Origin: Patescibacteria group bacterium
Lineage (GTDB): Bacteria; Patescibacteriota; JAUYIX01; JBHPHK01
NCBI GenBank assembly: GCA_042569365.1
Contig: JBHPHK010000003.1
Coordinates: 3,047-67,046 of the forward strand
DNA: 64,000 bases
Direction of reading: 5' to 3'
Each line of letters starts with the position of its first letter. Within the stretch, counting starts at the first letter, position 1. The notes beneath the pieces are model-generated. The model saw only the letters and a program-made list of their open reading frames with translations. It had not been told where the DNA came from and searched no databases. Both the position numbers and the translations under genes were made by a program. This document shows, in pieces, positions 18,031-26,125 of this stretch.

Positions 18031-18827
18031 TGCCAGGAACTTCAGCGCTTCAGCTTGGCAGTTTGGAATTTAGTTATTACGGGATCATGATCGCGCTCGG
18101 CATTTTGGTCGCATATCTCATCGCACTTTATCGTGCACAGTTTTTCCCAAAGATCAATATGCGCCAAATCGAGACCGCATTTTTAATTGCGCTGCCGCTC
18201 GCGTTTATTGGTGCCAGGCTTTATTACGTCATATTTGAGTGGAGTTACTATTCAGCTCACTTAGGCAAGATATTTGCTATCTGGGAGGGTGGACTAGCGA
18301 TCCATGGGGGACTTATCGGAGGCTTAGCTGGTCTGGCGATCTATACCGCTGTTAAAAAGATCAAGCTAGCCAGGGTATTAGACTTTGCAGTGCCATCTAT
18401 AGTCTTAGCTCAAGCGATCGGTCGATGGGGGAACTTCTTTAATCAAGAGGCGTTTGGTGGGCCATCGGATCTGCCCTGGGCAATCCCGATCGAGCTCCAA
18501 AATCGCCCAGCAGAATTCATCTCTGCGGCGACGTTTCACCCCACCTTTCTCTATGAATCGATCTGGAATCTCTTAGTCTTCGCGCTTCTGTTTTGGCTGG
18601 CCTTTCGGGCGCGGGACCGCAAATGGCGCGTGGGAGTCATCGCGGCTGTTTATCTGATCGCATATTCTACTGGTCGTTTCTTTATCGAAGGCTTGCGAAC
18701 AGACAGTCTTTATCTGGGCAGTCTGCGTGTAGCGCAGCTCGTCAGTCTACTATTGATCATAGGTGGAGTTATTTTCCTGTATTGGCCTCAGATTAAGAAT
18801 AAACTCAAGAACAAGAAGAATATTTGA
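18030..18827 (+). CDS. lgt: Prolipoprotein diacylglyceryl transferase
   Basis: 265 aa. Motifs IWEGGLAIHGGLIGG and GRWGNFFNQEAFG characteristic of Lgt. Confidence 0.9.
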   Translation: MPGTSALQLGSLEFSYYGIMIALGILVAYLIALYRAQFFPKINMRQIETAFLIALPLAFIGARLYYVIFEWSYYSAHLGKIFAIWEGGLAIHGGLIGGLAGLAIYTAVKKIKLARVLDFAVPSIVLAQAIGRWGNFFNQEAFGGPSDLPWAIPIELQNRPAEFISAATFHPTFLYESIWNLLVFALLFWLAFRARDRKWRVGVIAAVYLIAYSTGRFFIEGLRTDSLYLGSLRVAQLVSLLLIIGGVIFLYWPQIKNKLKNKKNI

Positions 18828-18881
18828 CGAGAGTCTTCCTAAACGGCAAAATTAAAAGAACTAAATATTTAACAATAAATC

Positions 18882-19121
18882 ATGGCTGATAAAACAATTA
18901 CTATCTACACAAGTCCCACATGCGCTTACTGCCAGCAGGCGAAAGCTTATTTTGATGAAAAGGGCATATCCTATGAAGATAAAGATGTTACAGAGGACAC
19001 TAAATTTGCGGATGAATCAGTCGAGAAAAGCGGTCAGTTTGGCGTGCCGGTAATCGAAATTAACGACGAGATAATCGTTGGCTTTGATAAAGAAGCACTG
19101 GAAAAGAAATTAGCCGAATAA
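18882..19121 (+). CDS. Glutaredoxin-like (NrdH/YruB-type) thiol-disulfide oxidoreductase
   Basis: 79 aa. IYTSPTCAYCQQAK CxxC motif and the GVPVI..ND..IVGFD glutaredoxin-fold pattern. Confidence 0.75.
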   Translation: MADKTITIYTSPTCAYCQQAKAYFDEKGISYEDKDVTEDTKFADESVEKSGQFGVPVIEINDEIIVGFDKEALEKKLAE

Positions 19122-19129
19122 ATATCAAA

Positions 19130-19522
19130 ATGCCACGCATAGAACACGAGCCTAAAGCCATCGCCATTATCGGCGCATCCAGAGATAGAACCAAAGCCGG
19201 CAATAAAGCCGTGCGCGGTTTTCATCGGCGAATGTGGAATGTGTATCCGGTCAATCCCCAGGCACTCTCGGTGGAGGGGATTAAGGCATATCCCGACATT
19301 GATTCAATACCGGGCGAGGTTGATATTACGGCGGTCTATGTAGGGCCGGAAGTCAGTCTTTTGCTGCTGGAGGAAATGGCCGCCAAGGGTGTCAAGAAAA
19401 TATATTTCAGCCCCGGTGCGGAGCACGAGGCTGTCTTTGAAAAAGCGCACGAGCTTGACATGATTCCAATTTCTGCTTGCCCGTTGCAGCTGATCGGCGA
19501 GAATATTAATAATATAGAGTAA
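19130..19522 (+). CDS. CoA-binding domain protein (YccU/YneT-like)
   Basis: 130 aa. IAIIGASRDRTKAGNKAV...YPVNP...V.G.KAY N-terminal Rossmann pattern of CoA_binding_2. Confidence 0.7.
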   Translation: MPRIEHEPKAIAIIGASRDRTKAGNKAVRGFHRRMWNVYPVNPQALSVEGIKAYPDIDSIPGEVDITAVYVGPEVSLLLLEEMAAKGVKKIYFSPGAEHEAVFEKAHELDMIPISACPLQLIGENINNIE

Positions 19523-19965
19523 TGCTCATAAGTCACAAGCCCCTTGAATTTGACGCTGATTTGCCGCACATCCTAGGCAACGCTTTTTATAATCTTGAAG
19601 AAGTCCCAGATTTAAAATCATACGATAAAATTGTTCTCGAATTCTGGCGCCTGGGGTGCCGCAAGTGCCATCAAAGCCTGGAAGAGTTTCAGCGCTTGAG
19701 TGAGCGATCGACTGAAAAGATATTGTTCTTAACAGTGCATTATCCCGAAATGCCATTTGAGAAAAGTCCGCAATTACTGGAAGATTTCATAAAGGAAAAC
19801 AATATTCATGTGCCGATCTTAGTAGATCAGGACGGCTGCACCGCAAGAAACTTCGGCGTCAATATTCATCCGACAAGAATAGTGCTAGAGCGCGATAAAG
19901 GCTACAAATTAGCCTCCTGGGGGAGTAAGTTGTATGGGGAAATAGCAGGATTAATAGAGTCATAA
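19522..19965 (+). CDS. Thioredoxin-fold redoxin (TlpA/AhpC-TSA-like)
   Basis: 147 aa. VLEFWRLGCRKCHQ CxxC motif and ..PILVDQDG....FGV...PTRIVLE typical of TlpA-like proteins. Confidence 0.65.
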   Translation: MLISHKPLEFDADLPHILGNAFYNLEEVPDLKSYDKIVLEFWRLGCRKCHQSLEEFQRLSERSTEKILFLTVHYPEMPFEKSPQLLEDFIKENNIHVPILVDQDGCTARNFGVNIHPTRIVLERDKGYKLASWGSKLYGEIAGLIES

Positions 19966-20003
19966 AACTGACAAAAAACATTATATAGCGCCAGAAGACG
20001 AAC

Positions 20004-20032
20004 TTGACAGTTCAGACGGTTTATGATACGAT
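20004..20032 (+). promoter_or_regulatory. Promoter for the GT4 gene at 20094
   Basis: TTGACA-N17-TACGAT with TGa upstream of the -10. The TTG used as the ORF-track start (20004) is the first part of this -35 box. Confidence 0.55.
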
Positions 20033-20093
20033 TCAATGTCATTTTGAAGTACATATTTCGAATGGCGCACCTAAGCCAAATTCATCTATTTAT

Positions 20094-21248
20094 ATGCGTA
20101 TCGCATTTATAGGACAAAAAGGCATCCCTGTCACGCAAGGTGGCGTGGAGCGACATACAGAAGAGTTGGCAATCCGCATGGCTAAACGAGGCCATGAGGT
20201 ACGAGTTTACACACGCCCTAGTTATACAGATCCCAAACTAAAGGAGTATAAAGGAGTGAAACTAGTAAGCTTGCCATCGATTAACACCAAGAACTTGGAT
20301 GCGATTTCACACACTTTCAATTCTATTGTTCACCTGATTTTCCATCCAACAGATGCGGTGGTCTTCCAGGCGATCGGCCCAAACTCTCTAAACTGGCTAG
20401 TGCGTATTTTCCGCCCATCGATTCGTGTCTTAGGCATGTTCCATTGTCAGGACTATTTCCACGAGAAGTGGGGACGTCTGGCTCGTATGACGCTGCGTAT
20501 CGGAGAATGGAGTTTAAACAAATTTAGTCACGTTATCTTTGTGACTAGCAAGATTCTACAAAATCGTGTCTTAAATCTACACGGACGCAAAGCAGTGCAT
20601 TTGCCAAATGGCGTGCCCCGTCCGGCTCAGATAGATCCAAAGATCGAAAAAGAAACGCTGGCTAAGTTTGACTTAACGCCTGATGAATATCTGGTAGTCG
20701 TTACGCGCCTAATCGCGCATAAAGGCGTCCACTATATTCTCGAGGCTTTTAAAGATATTAAAACTGACAAGAAGTTAGTTATTGTTGGAGGCACATCCTT
20801 TACTGACGATTACGTCAAAAGACTGCAAGACTTCGCTAAAGAAGATCCACGCGTTGTATTTACAGACTTCCTCACTGGCGATGCTTTGCAGGCTGTCTTC
20901 CGCAATGCCTACCTCTTTGTACACTCAAGTGATGCCGAAGGTCTTCCAATTAACGTTTTGGAGGCGATGAGTTTTGGCATGGCGCCAATCTTGTCAGATA
21001 TTCCAGAGCACCTGGAAACTTCCGGCGGGCACGCCTTTTTCCATAAACAAGGAGATGTTGCTGATCTGCGCAATATGATCGAGCATCTCTTAAAGCCTGA
21101 AAACAAAAAAGAGCTCGACTCTGTTGGCCAAAAAGCCCAAGAGTACGTGGTTAAAAACCATGACTGGGAAAACCTGACAGATCGAGTAATCGAAAATATT
21201 GTGTTGCCTGGACAACATTCTGTAGCGGCACAAGAAAAAACAATTTAA
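20094..21248 (+). CDS. Glycosyltransferase family 4
   Basis: The ATG 20094 product starts MRIAFIGQKGIPVTQGGVERHTEELA (a typical GT4 N-terminus) and has SSDAEGLPINVLEAM near the C-terminus. Confidence 0.8.
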   Translation: MRIAFIGQKGIPVTQGGVERHTEELAIRMAKRGHEVRVYTRPSYTDPKLKEYKGVKLVSLPSINTKNLDAISHTFNSIVHLIFHPTDAVVFQAIGPNSLNWLVRIFRPSIRVLGMFHCQDYFHEKWGRLARMTLRIGEWSLNKFSHVIFVTSKILQNRVLNLHGRKAVHLPNGVPRPAQIDPKIEKETLAKFDLTPDEYLVVVTRLIAHKGVHYILEAFKDIKTDKKLVIVGGTSFTDDYVKRLQDFAKEDPRVVFTDFLTGDALQAVFRNAYLFVHSSDAEGLPINVLEAMSFGMAPILSDIPEHLETSGGHAFFHKQGDVADLRNMIEHLLKPENKKELDSVGQKAQEYVVKNHDWENLTDRVIENIVLPGQHSVAAQEKTI

Positions 21249-21296
21249 TCATGCCTCCTTATGTCGGGCACCACAATGGTGTGCCTGGTTCGGACA

Positions 21297-21346
21297 AGCC
21301 CCGCGATCTTCAATCTTTATTGAACGCGGGGCTCTTTATTTGTGCA
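21297..21346 (+). terminator. Intrinsic terminator
   Basis: AGCCCCGCG-(19 nt)-CGCGGGGCT followed by CTTTATTTG. Confidence 0.65.
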
Positions 21347-21418
21347 GTAAATTAAAACTTGACGAAATGTAAATTTTGTGTTATTCTACAACGTTTCCTA
21401 TAATAGATATAGAACAAT

Positions 21419-22768
21419 ATGACTAAAGACAAATACAGCCTCAAAGGACTATTCAAATCGGAGCAGAAGTGCTACCGCGTTTTTGGTGTCACGATCTGTG
21501 AGGGTAGGCTAATGATCCTGGGATTATTTGCTTTAGCATTGATTATACTCATATCTGTAGCACCTTTCGGGCAGCGCTATCTAGCCTCTATCCGCGAAAC
21601 AGTCGTCGAGACGCAAACAGAACCCAGCACTCAGGAGGAGTGGTATTTTTCAGCATTAACAGCGCCACAGCAATTTGAACACGCAAGGCACTGGGTTGCG
21701 TACTTCGTAGGTCCTCACCAGGGGACTCCTGTCGAAGCTACACTTTCACAATTTGACGTAGGTTGTTTTGGATGGCATGAAGGATCAATCGGCAACCCTT
21801 TGACCTGTAAATATGTATCTACCAACTTGGCTCAAACCTGGATGCCAAACTATGCATCTGAAATCCAGCCGATTATTAATGCTGGCGGCACGATCGGTTC
21901 TGATCAGGTTTTCGGCGGTTATGTTATGAATCCTGGCAACCAAGCTTGGCAGAACTATGTTTTAGACACTTTAATCCCGTGGGTCATAATCAACGGCACT
22001 GACGGTCTCTTCCTGGACACATTTGGTTTCTTCGACATACCGGAATATTACGGATACCGCAATGCGGCGATCCAATTCCTAGGGCGTATTCACAACCGCT
22101 TCCCTCAATATTTCCTAATCATGAACGAGGGCGACTATCTATTTCCTGAGGCTGCTGGATACTTAGACGGATTTGTATTCCAAAATTTCCGCTTAAACAC
22201 GCAAGGCCATCAGTGGAATCCGTTTCCATATCCTGGCCAAACGGAAGCTGTCCAGCGCGTTGCTGGAACAGATGTTAAATTGCTCACTCTGGAAGCGACT
22301 TATCCTACCAATCAAGCCAACGAACAGCTGGCTTATGATACCGCCTGCACACTTGGGATGCTGCCGGCCTTTGAGTCCATATTAGATGCAAACTATGTAT
22401 CAACGCTGCCATTAAATTCTCTGTGTTCTGTTAGTCTGCTCAATGTCGGAGATGTTATCCGTCCGCCGCGAGATCTAGGTAACGGCGTTACGATTCTGAG
22501 AGACATTCTTGGCGTCGATCCAAATCTTTTTGCATTCGATGATGACGAGGTAGTAAATGACGATAATCCAAACACAAATACAGAAACAACTGAAGAGGAG
22601 GGGAATGTAGAAACAGTCCCGGCACGCAAGGTCGTTCTGCCGCTGGAAAATACAAACGTATTCAAATTTTCTGAAAGTCTGCGTACGCATATCCTAAAAT
22701 ATCTAACCGGCCCGCTAGCGCGCTACAAATGGCCGCGAATTATCCTGGAAACAGAACACGCTTTTTAA
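21419..22768 (+). CDS. Membrane-anchored hypothetical protein; possible TIM-barrel glycoside hydrolase (GH114/TM1410-like)
   Basis: 449 aa. N-terminal TM helix. NPGNQAWQNYVLDTLIPWVIINGTDGLFLDTFG and FLIMNEGDYL..YLDGFVFQNF resemble the GH114-type pattern. Pattern-level match only. Confidence 0.4.
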   Translation: MTKDKYSLKGLFKSEQKCYRVFGVTICEGRLMILGLFALALIILISVAPFGQRYLASIRETVVETQTEPSTQEEWYFSALTAPQQFEHARHWVAYFVGPHQGTPVEATLSQFDVGCFGWHEGSIGNPLTCKYVSTNLAQTWMPNYASEIQPIINAGGTIGSDQVFGGYVMNPGNQAWQNYVLDTLIPWVIINGTDGLFLDTFGFFDIPEYYGYRNAAIQFLGRIHNRFPQYFLIMNEGDYLFPEAAGYLDGFVFQNFRLNTQGHQWNPFPYPGQTEAVQRVAGTDVKLLTLEATYPTNQANEQLAYDTACTLGMLPAFESILDANYVSTLPLNSLCSVSLLNVGDVIRPPRDLGNGVTILRDILGVDPNLFAFDDDEVVNDDNPNTNTETTEEEGNVETVPARKVVLPLENTNVFKFSESLRTHILKYLTGPLARYKWPRIILETEHAF

Positions 22769-22792
22769 TCACTTTTGTTTAGTCTCTAGATT

Positions 22793-22801
22793 TGCTAAAC
22801 T
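22793..22801 (+). promoter_or_regulatory. Extended -10 element (TGcTAAACT) ending 9 nt before ATG 22811
   Basis: TG at 22793-22794, TAAACT at 22796-22801. No SD. Confidence 0.45.
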
Positions 22802-22810
22802 GCACTCACT

Positions 22811-23551
22811 ATGCGCCAAATTTTAAAGAAATACATTCAATTTTGGGAAGTTTCCCTGATTATTATATTGCTAGTGACAGCGGGTACTTTTTTTGTGAGC
22901 ATTGTTTTGCCGTCTGAGTATCAAAGCGAGTCAACCGTCTTGATTGTCCAAAAGCAGTCCAGCCTAGATCTTTTTAACGCAGCCAAGGCGTCGGAATACG
23001 TTTCAACAATTTTAGGAGAAGTTGTATATACCGACCAATTTATAACTGAGGTCATCAAGAACGACACAACTTTAAGTAATAACTTGCCACCCGACATCGA
23101 GCAGCGCAGTCGTGCCTGGGATAATTATTTGAGCTTAGCGCAGGTTGAAGGCGCCGGTATCTTACATTTTTCTTTCTCCTCATCTGATCCTGCTTTAGCG
23201 CAGCGTTATATGCAAGGCGTTGTTAATACTTTGCTTACGAACGCTGCACAATATCATGGTCGTGGTGCAGAAGTCGAGTTGCATGTCATCGACAATCCGA
23301 CTTTGGATGTGCAGCCTGTGCGTCCGCGTGTCTTTATGAATACGCTTGTCGGCTTTATTTCCTCATTGATTCTGGTCGGCATCCTATTTTATCTGGAAGA
23401 TATTTATAATATCCAACTTTTCCGCTGGAGCAAAAGGCGCGAAGAAGAATACTATGCGCCAGAAGAACAAACAGCTCTTGAAGCTCCCGATGTTGTCGAA
23501 GAACAGCAGGCGATCGAAGATTGGCTTAAAAGTGGCGAAAAAAAGCAGTAG
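22811..23551 (+). CDS. Wzz-like polysaccharide chain-length determinant / co-polymerase protein
   Basis: 246 aa. TM helix near the N-terminus followed by PSEYQSESTVLIVQ, and a second TM helix near the C-terminus (PCP topology). Confidence 0.5.
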   Translation: MRQILKKYIQFWEVSLIIILLVTAGTFFVSIVLPSEYQSESTVLIVQKQSSLDLFNAAKASEYVSTILGEVVYTDQFITEVIKNDTTLSNNLPPDIEQRSRAWDNYLSLAQVEGAGILHFSFSSSDPALAQRYMQGVVNTLLTNAAQYHGRGAEVELHVIDNPTLDVQPVRPRVFMNTLVGFISSLILVGILFYLEDIYNIQLFRWSKRREEEYYAPEEQTALEAPDVVEEQQAIEDWLKSGEKKQ

Positions 23552-23596
23552 AGGGCAGTAAAAACTGTCAGCTTAATAACAGAAGAGATCCGTTTG

Positions 23597-23623
23597 AACC
23601 CCTTGACAAAAAAGGGGTTTTAT
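23597..23623 (+). terminator. Terminator hairpin that overlaps the next -35 box
   Basis: AACCCCTT-gacaaaa-AAGGGGTT followed by TTAT. The TTGACA of the next promoter spans the stem-loop junction. Confidence 0.55.
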
Positions 23624-23631
23624 GCTAAGTT
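23603..23631 (+). promoter_or_regulatory. Promoter for the 23821-25967 operon
   Basis: TTGACA-N17-TAAGTT with TGc upstream. Leaves a leader of about 185 nt and AAGGAGG 8 nt before ATG 23821. Confidence 0.55.
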
Positions 23632-23820
23632 GGAATATCCTAAAAGGGATAGCCGTGCTCGTGTTCGCCGCTAGAGCCTATCTGAAATAAATAGTTTTTA
23701 GCGGAGGGTACGAAACGTTTAACGAAACCGTGTTCATTCACATCGTAATCAAATTAACCTAACCAATGTCTGCTTTGCGGCAGGCAGCGTGTCAAAAGTC
23801 AATATAAGGAGGACACTGAC

Positions 23821-24723
23821 ATGAAACGTATTACTGCTTTTCTTTTCGTTCTGCTTATCGCGCTTTGCGCGGGAAGCTTCACCGTTACCGTTGTTCAGGC
23901 CGATGAGATCAAACCGCGTGCTGACAACAGCCACACGGAATTCATCGATCTGCGCTACATCGAGGAAGGTTACAAAGAAGGTGACCTTGACCAGATGGGG
24001 CGAGTCGATCTGGACGCATTGTATGTGTCCTTATCGAACACCAGCAACGGGTACGACTACCAGGAAGTCCGCGCCGGATACATTAAAGGATTCGGCAACT
24101 GGGGCCTCGGTCTCAGTGGACGCTACACCAACCCCGAAGACAGCGATTTTCAGGAAGCTCAGATCGGCTTCATGGTGACTTACTTAAAGCGCTTTGAAAC
24201 CGGCTGGTTCCAGTTCATCACCGACAACTACGTCGGAGTGGACGGAGGCTCGGGATTCCAACATTCCGAAAACCTCCTGCTGTTCGGTAAATGGTTCGGT
24301 CTTGAAGAGAATGCCGTACGTTTTGGCATTAACGGCCAGGCGTACTACATCCTCGATCCCAACAACGAAGGGGAATTCCCCGGAGGAAATTGGGAATCCG
24401 AATCCGTTACAACCGGCGGGCGCCTTGAAGGGCTCGTAAACTTCAACCAGGCTCTCTGGGATGCACTCGTGTACTGTGAGTATGTGAATGTGCAGACCGA
24501 CGGCGAGTCCACCATGGACACTGGCGAAGTTTATCCCTTCGATGAAACTCAGACGTACTTTCGGTACGGCCTGGGATTCAGATATTGGTGGTACGGCAAA
24601 CGCAATGCCACCTGGTTCAAAGTTACTGCTGGCCCTGAAACCGTAACCGACAAAGGTCCCCTCGGGGACTCCTCCGGAATCCATGCCGAACTCGGTATTG
24701 GCGTGATTTGGGGAGGAAAGTGA
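23821..24723 (+). CDS. Secreted aromatic-rich, beta-strand-rich protein (beta-barrel/porin-like pattern); function unknown
   Basis: 300 aa. Signal peptide with VQA|DE cleavage. About 10 amphipathic alternating segments (IGFMVTYL, WFQFITDNYVGV, VRFGINGQAYYIL, TYFRYGLGFRYWW, HAELGIGVIW). Confidence 0.55.
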   Translation: MKRITAFLFVLLIALCAGSFTVTVVQADEIKPRADNSHTEFIDLRYIEEGYKEGDLDQMGRVDLDALYVSLSNTSNGYDYQEVRAGYIKGFGNWGLGLSGRYTNPEDSDFQEAQIGFMVTYLKRFETGWFQFITDNYVGVDGGSGFQHSENLLLFGKWFGLEENAVRFGINGQAYYILDPNNEGEFPGGNWESESVTTGGRLEGLVNFNQALWDALVYCEYVNVQTDGESTMDTGEVYPFDETQTYFRYGLGFRYWWYGKRNATWFKVTAGPETVTDKGPLGDSSGIHAELGIGVIWGGK

Positions 24724-24740
24724 CAAAGGAGGTCACACTT

Positions 24741-25967
24741 ATGAAGAAACTTCTCAAAGTGACCTCAGTGGTCACAATCGTCCTGCTTCTCATTCCGGCC
24801 ATCGCTATCGCCGTCACTTACGATGACGAAGCGATTACACAGTACCGGGAAGAGCTGAGGAATGGTGGAGAAATCCACTTGGTTCAGTTTGATAGCTTCT
24901 GTACGTTCGTCAGAGATGGCGATCTGAAAGATGTTATCGACAGGGCCATGGCCATTCTTCAGGAACTGCATGCCCGTAAAAAGGCGGCAGCGAAAGGTCT
25001 GATCTCGAAAGAAGACGCCATCCTCATACTTGTAGGGTGGGCGGACACGAATCAGGTCACTGCTTCGAAGAGTTCAAGGCACGCGAATCTTACGGATGAG
25101 AAATTTCCGTACAATTCGCGGGTGTATGAGCGTGTTGGCGAGACGGTAGACAACAACAACGAGTTGTCCTATCTGAGAGTCATGCGCGCATATAGCATCA
25201 TGAGAGTAGTCGGCATCGAAGATGACGACCTCAGATTGATTGCTGCGAAACCCGGCGGGGAGACCGACAAATTCTCCAAAAGCGATCTGGCCAAAAACCG
25301 GACCGTGACCGCCACCTTCGTAACGCCGAAGTGCCAGGATTTCGATGACGATCAGGACGGGCCTTGCTTCCGCGAGATCCCCATTCCTGACGAAGTCATG
25401 AAACCGACTGACGACGGCGAGTCGATCAAGGTAACCAACCTTGCTCCTGGACCCGGTGCTGAAAATCTGACGCCCGATGTGCCGAAAGGCTACACGGCTC
25501 AGGACTCAGGCTGGCTCTATGAGCTCTACATCAACGGCAACACCGTGGTGTACGAGATCAAGCTCGACTCGTCCTACACTGGCAAACCCGGGCCGCTTCC
25601 TGAGTATCATGCGGTGGATCGTATCTGTTGGTACGGCACCCCTGATTGCAGGATGAAGCTTTGGTACAAGGATGCTCTCAGTACTGAGAAAAGGACGGAT
25701 GGCTACAAGGCTGTCTTTCCGATGCCTCCTTCAAAACGGTTGCAGATTCAGCACTACTTCAACGTGTTCAGCAGAGATGCTAAGCACAAGAAAGTAGAGA
25801 TCTGGTACGGTATCGGATCTGAAAACCTGGATGTGAAACCCGGTCTCACGGTTATCGAGCACTGGTACTACCGATCTGGTCGCGACATGGGAGCTTGCTT
25901 CGCAGTCGTCGATCTTATCCAGCGCCACGAACTCGACAGCCTGAACTGTGTCAGACAAAAACGTTAA
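24741..25967 (+). CDS. Secreted protein with an OmpA/MotB-like peptidoglycan-binding domain plus a Cys-containing C-terminal module
   Basis: ATG 24741 is preceded by AAGGAGG (the track start 24708 is TTG inside the upstream gene). VQFDSF..., ILILVGWADTNQ, NNELSYLRVMRAYSIM and AKNRTVTATFV follow OmpA_C motif order. Confidence 0.55.
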   Translation: MKKLLKVTSVVTIVLLLIPAIAIAVTYDDEAITQYREELRNGGEIHLVQFDSFCTFVRDGDLKDVIDRAMAILQELHARKKAAAKGLISKEDAILILVGWADTNQVTASKSSRHANLTDEKFPYNSRVYERVGETVDNNNELSYLRVMRAYSIMRVVGIEDDDLRLIAAKPGGETDKFSKSDLAKNRTVTATFVTPKCQDFDDDQDGPCFREIPIPDEVMKPTDDGESIKVTNLAPGPGAENLTPDVPKGYTAQDSGWLYELYINGNTVVYEIKLDSSYTGKPGPLPEYHAVDRICWYGTPDCRMKLWYKDALSTEKRTDGYKAVFPMPPSKRLQIQHYFNVFSRDAKHKKVEIWYGIGSENLDVKPGLTVIEHWYYRSGRDMGACFAVVDLIQRHELDSLNCVRQKR

Positions 25968-25998
25968 TTTACCCTCAAAAAAATCCTCATAGAGGTAA

Positions 25999-26029
25999 GG
26001 GCCGTTCATCATAGAGCGGCCCTTTTTTC
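25999..26029 (+). terminator. Intrinsic terminator
   Basis: GGGCCG-ttcatcatagag-CGGCCC followed by TTTTTT. Confidence 0.75.
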
Positions 26030-26040
26030 TTACCTACGAA

Positions 26041-26069
26041 TTGACGCTCTAAATGCCAGATGGTAATAT
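26041..26069 (+). promoter_or_regulatory. Promoter for the lipoprotein gene at 26126
   Basis: TTGACG-N17-TAATAT with TGg upstream. AGGAGG lies 5 nt before the ATG. Confidence 0.6.
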
Positions 26070-26125
26070 GTAAGACCGATTTCAAGAACTATTAACGTAA
26101 CTTACAAACTATCTAGGAGGTTGCT

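Noticed and set aside
20004-20093. N-terminal extensions offered by the ORF track (20004, 24708, 28534, 42617, 42655 minus, 46981, 9565 minus, 1339).
   Set aside because: They begin at TTG or poorly placed codons and run through promoters or terminators (for example 20004 is the -35 TTGACA, and 28534 spans a terminator) or through the neighbouring gene. Downstream ATGs have SDs or give canonical N-termini or signal peptides.
21399-21404. Second candidate -10 (TATAAT) 14 nt upstream of ATG 21419, competing with TTGACG-N17-TGtTATTCT at 21359-21387.
   Set aside because: I cannot decide between the two from sequence alone, so neither is listed as a feature.
23638-23820. The ~185-nt leader of the 23821 operon, considered as a riboswitch.
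   Set aside because: Some short stems exist (GGATAG/CTATC, CTGC/GCAG), but I recognise no riboswitch core. It is left as an unexplained long leader.
24184-24726. 180-aa minus-strand ORF antisense to the secreted beta-rich protein. Similar long antisense ORFs lie at 27188-27580, 28217-28582, 47053-47484, 49896-50378, 50409-51038, 33703-34077, 14617-15012 and 13835-14191.
   Set aside because: All lie entirely inside plus-strand genes with clear motifs or signal peptides. They have no SD or promoter and have low-complexity, Ser/Arg/Pro-rich translations typical of shadow frames.
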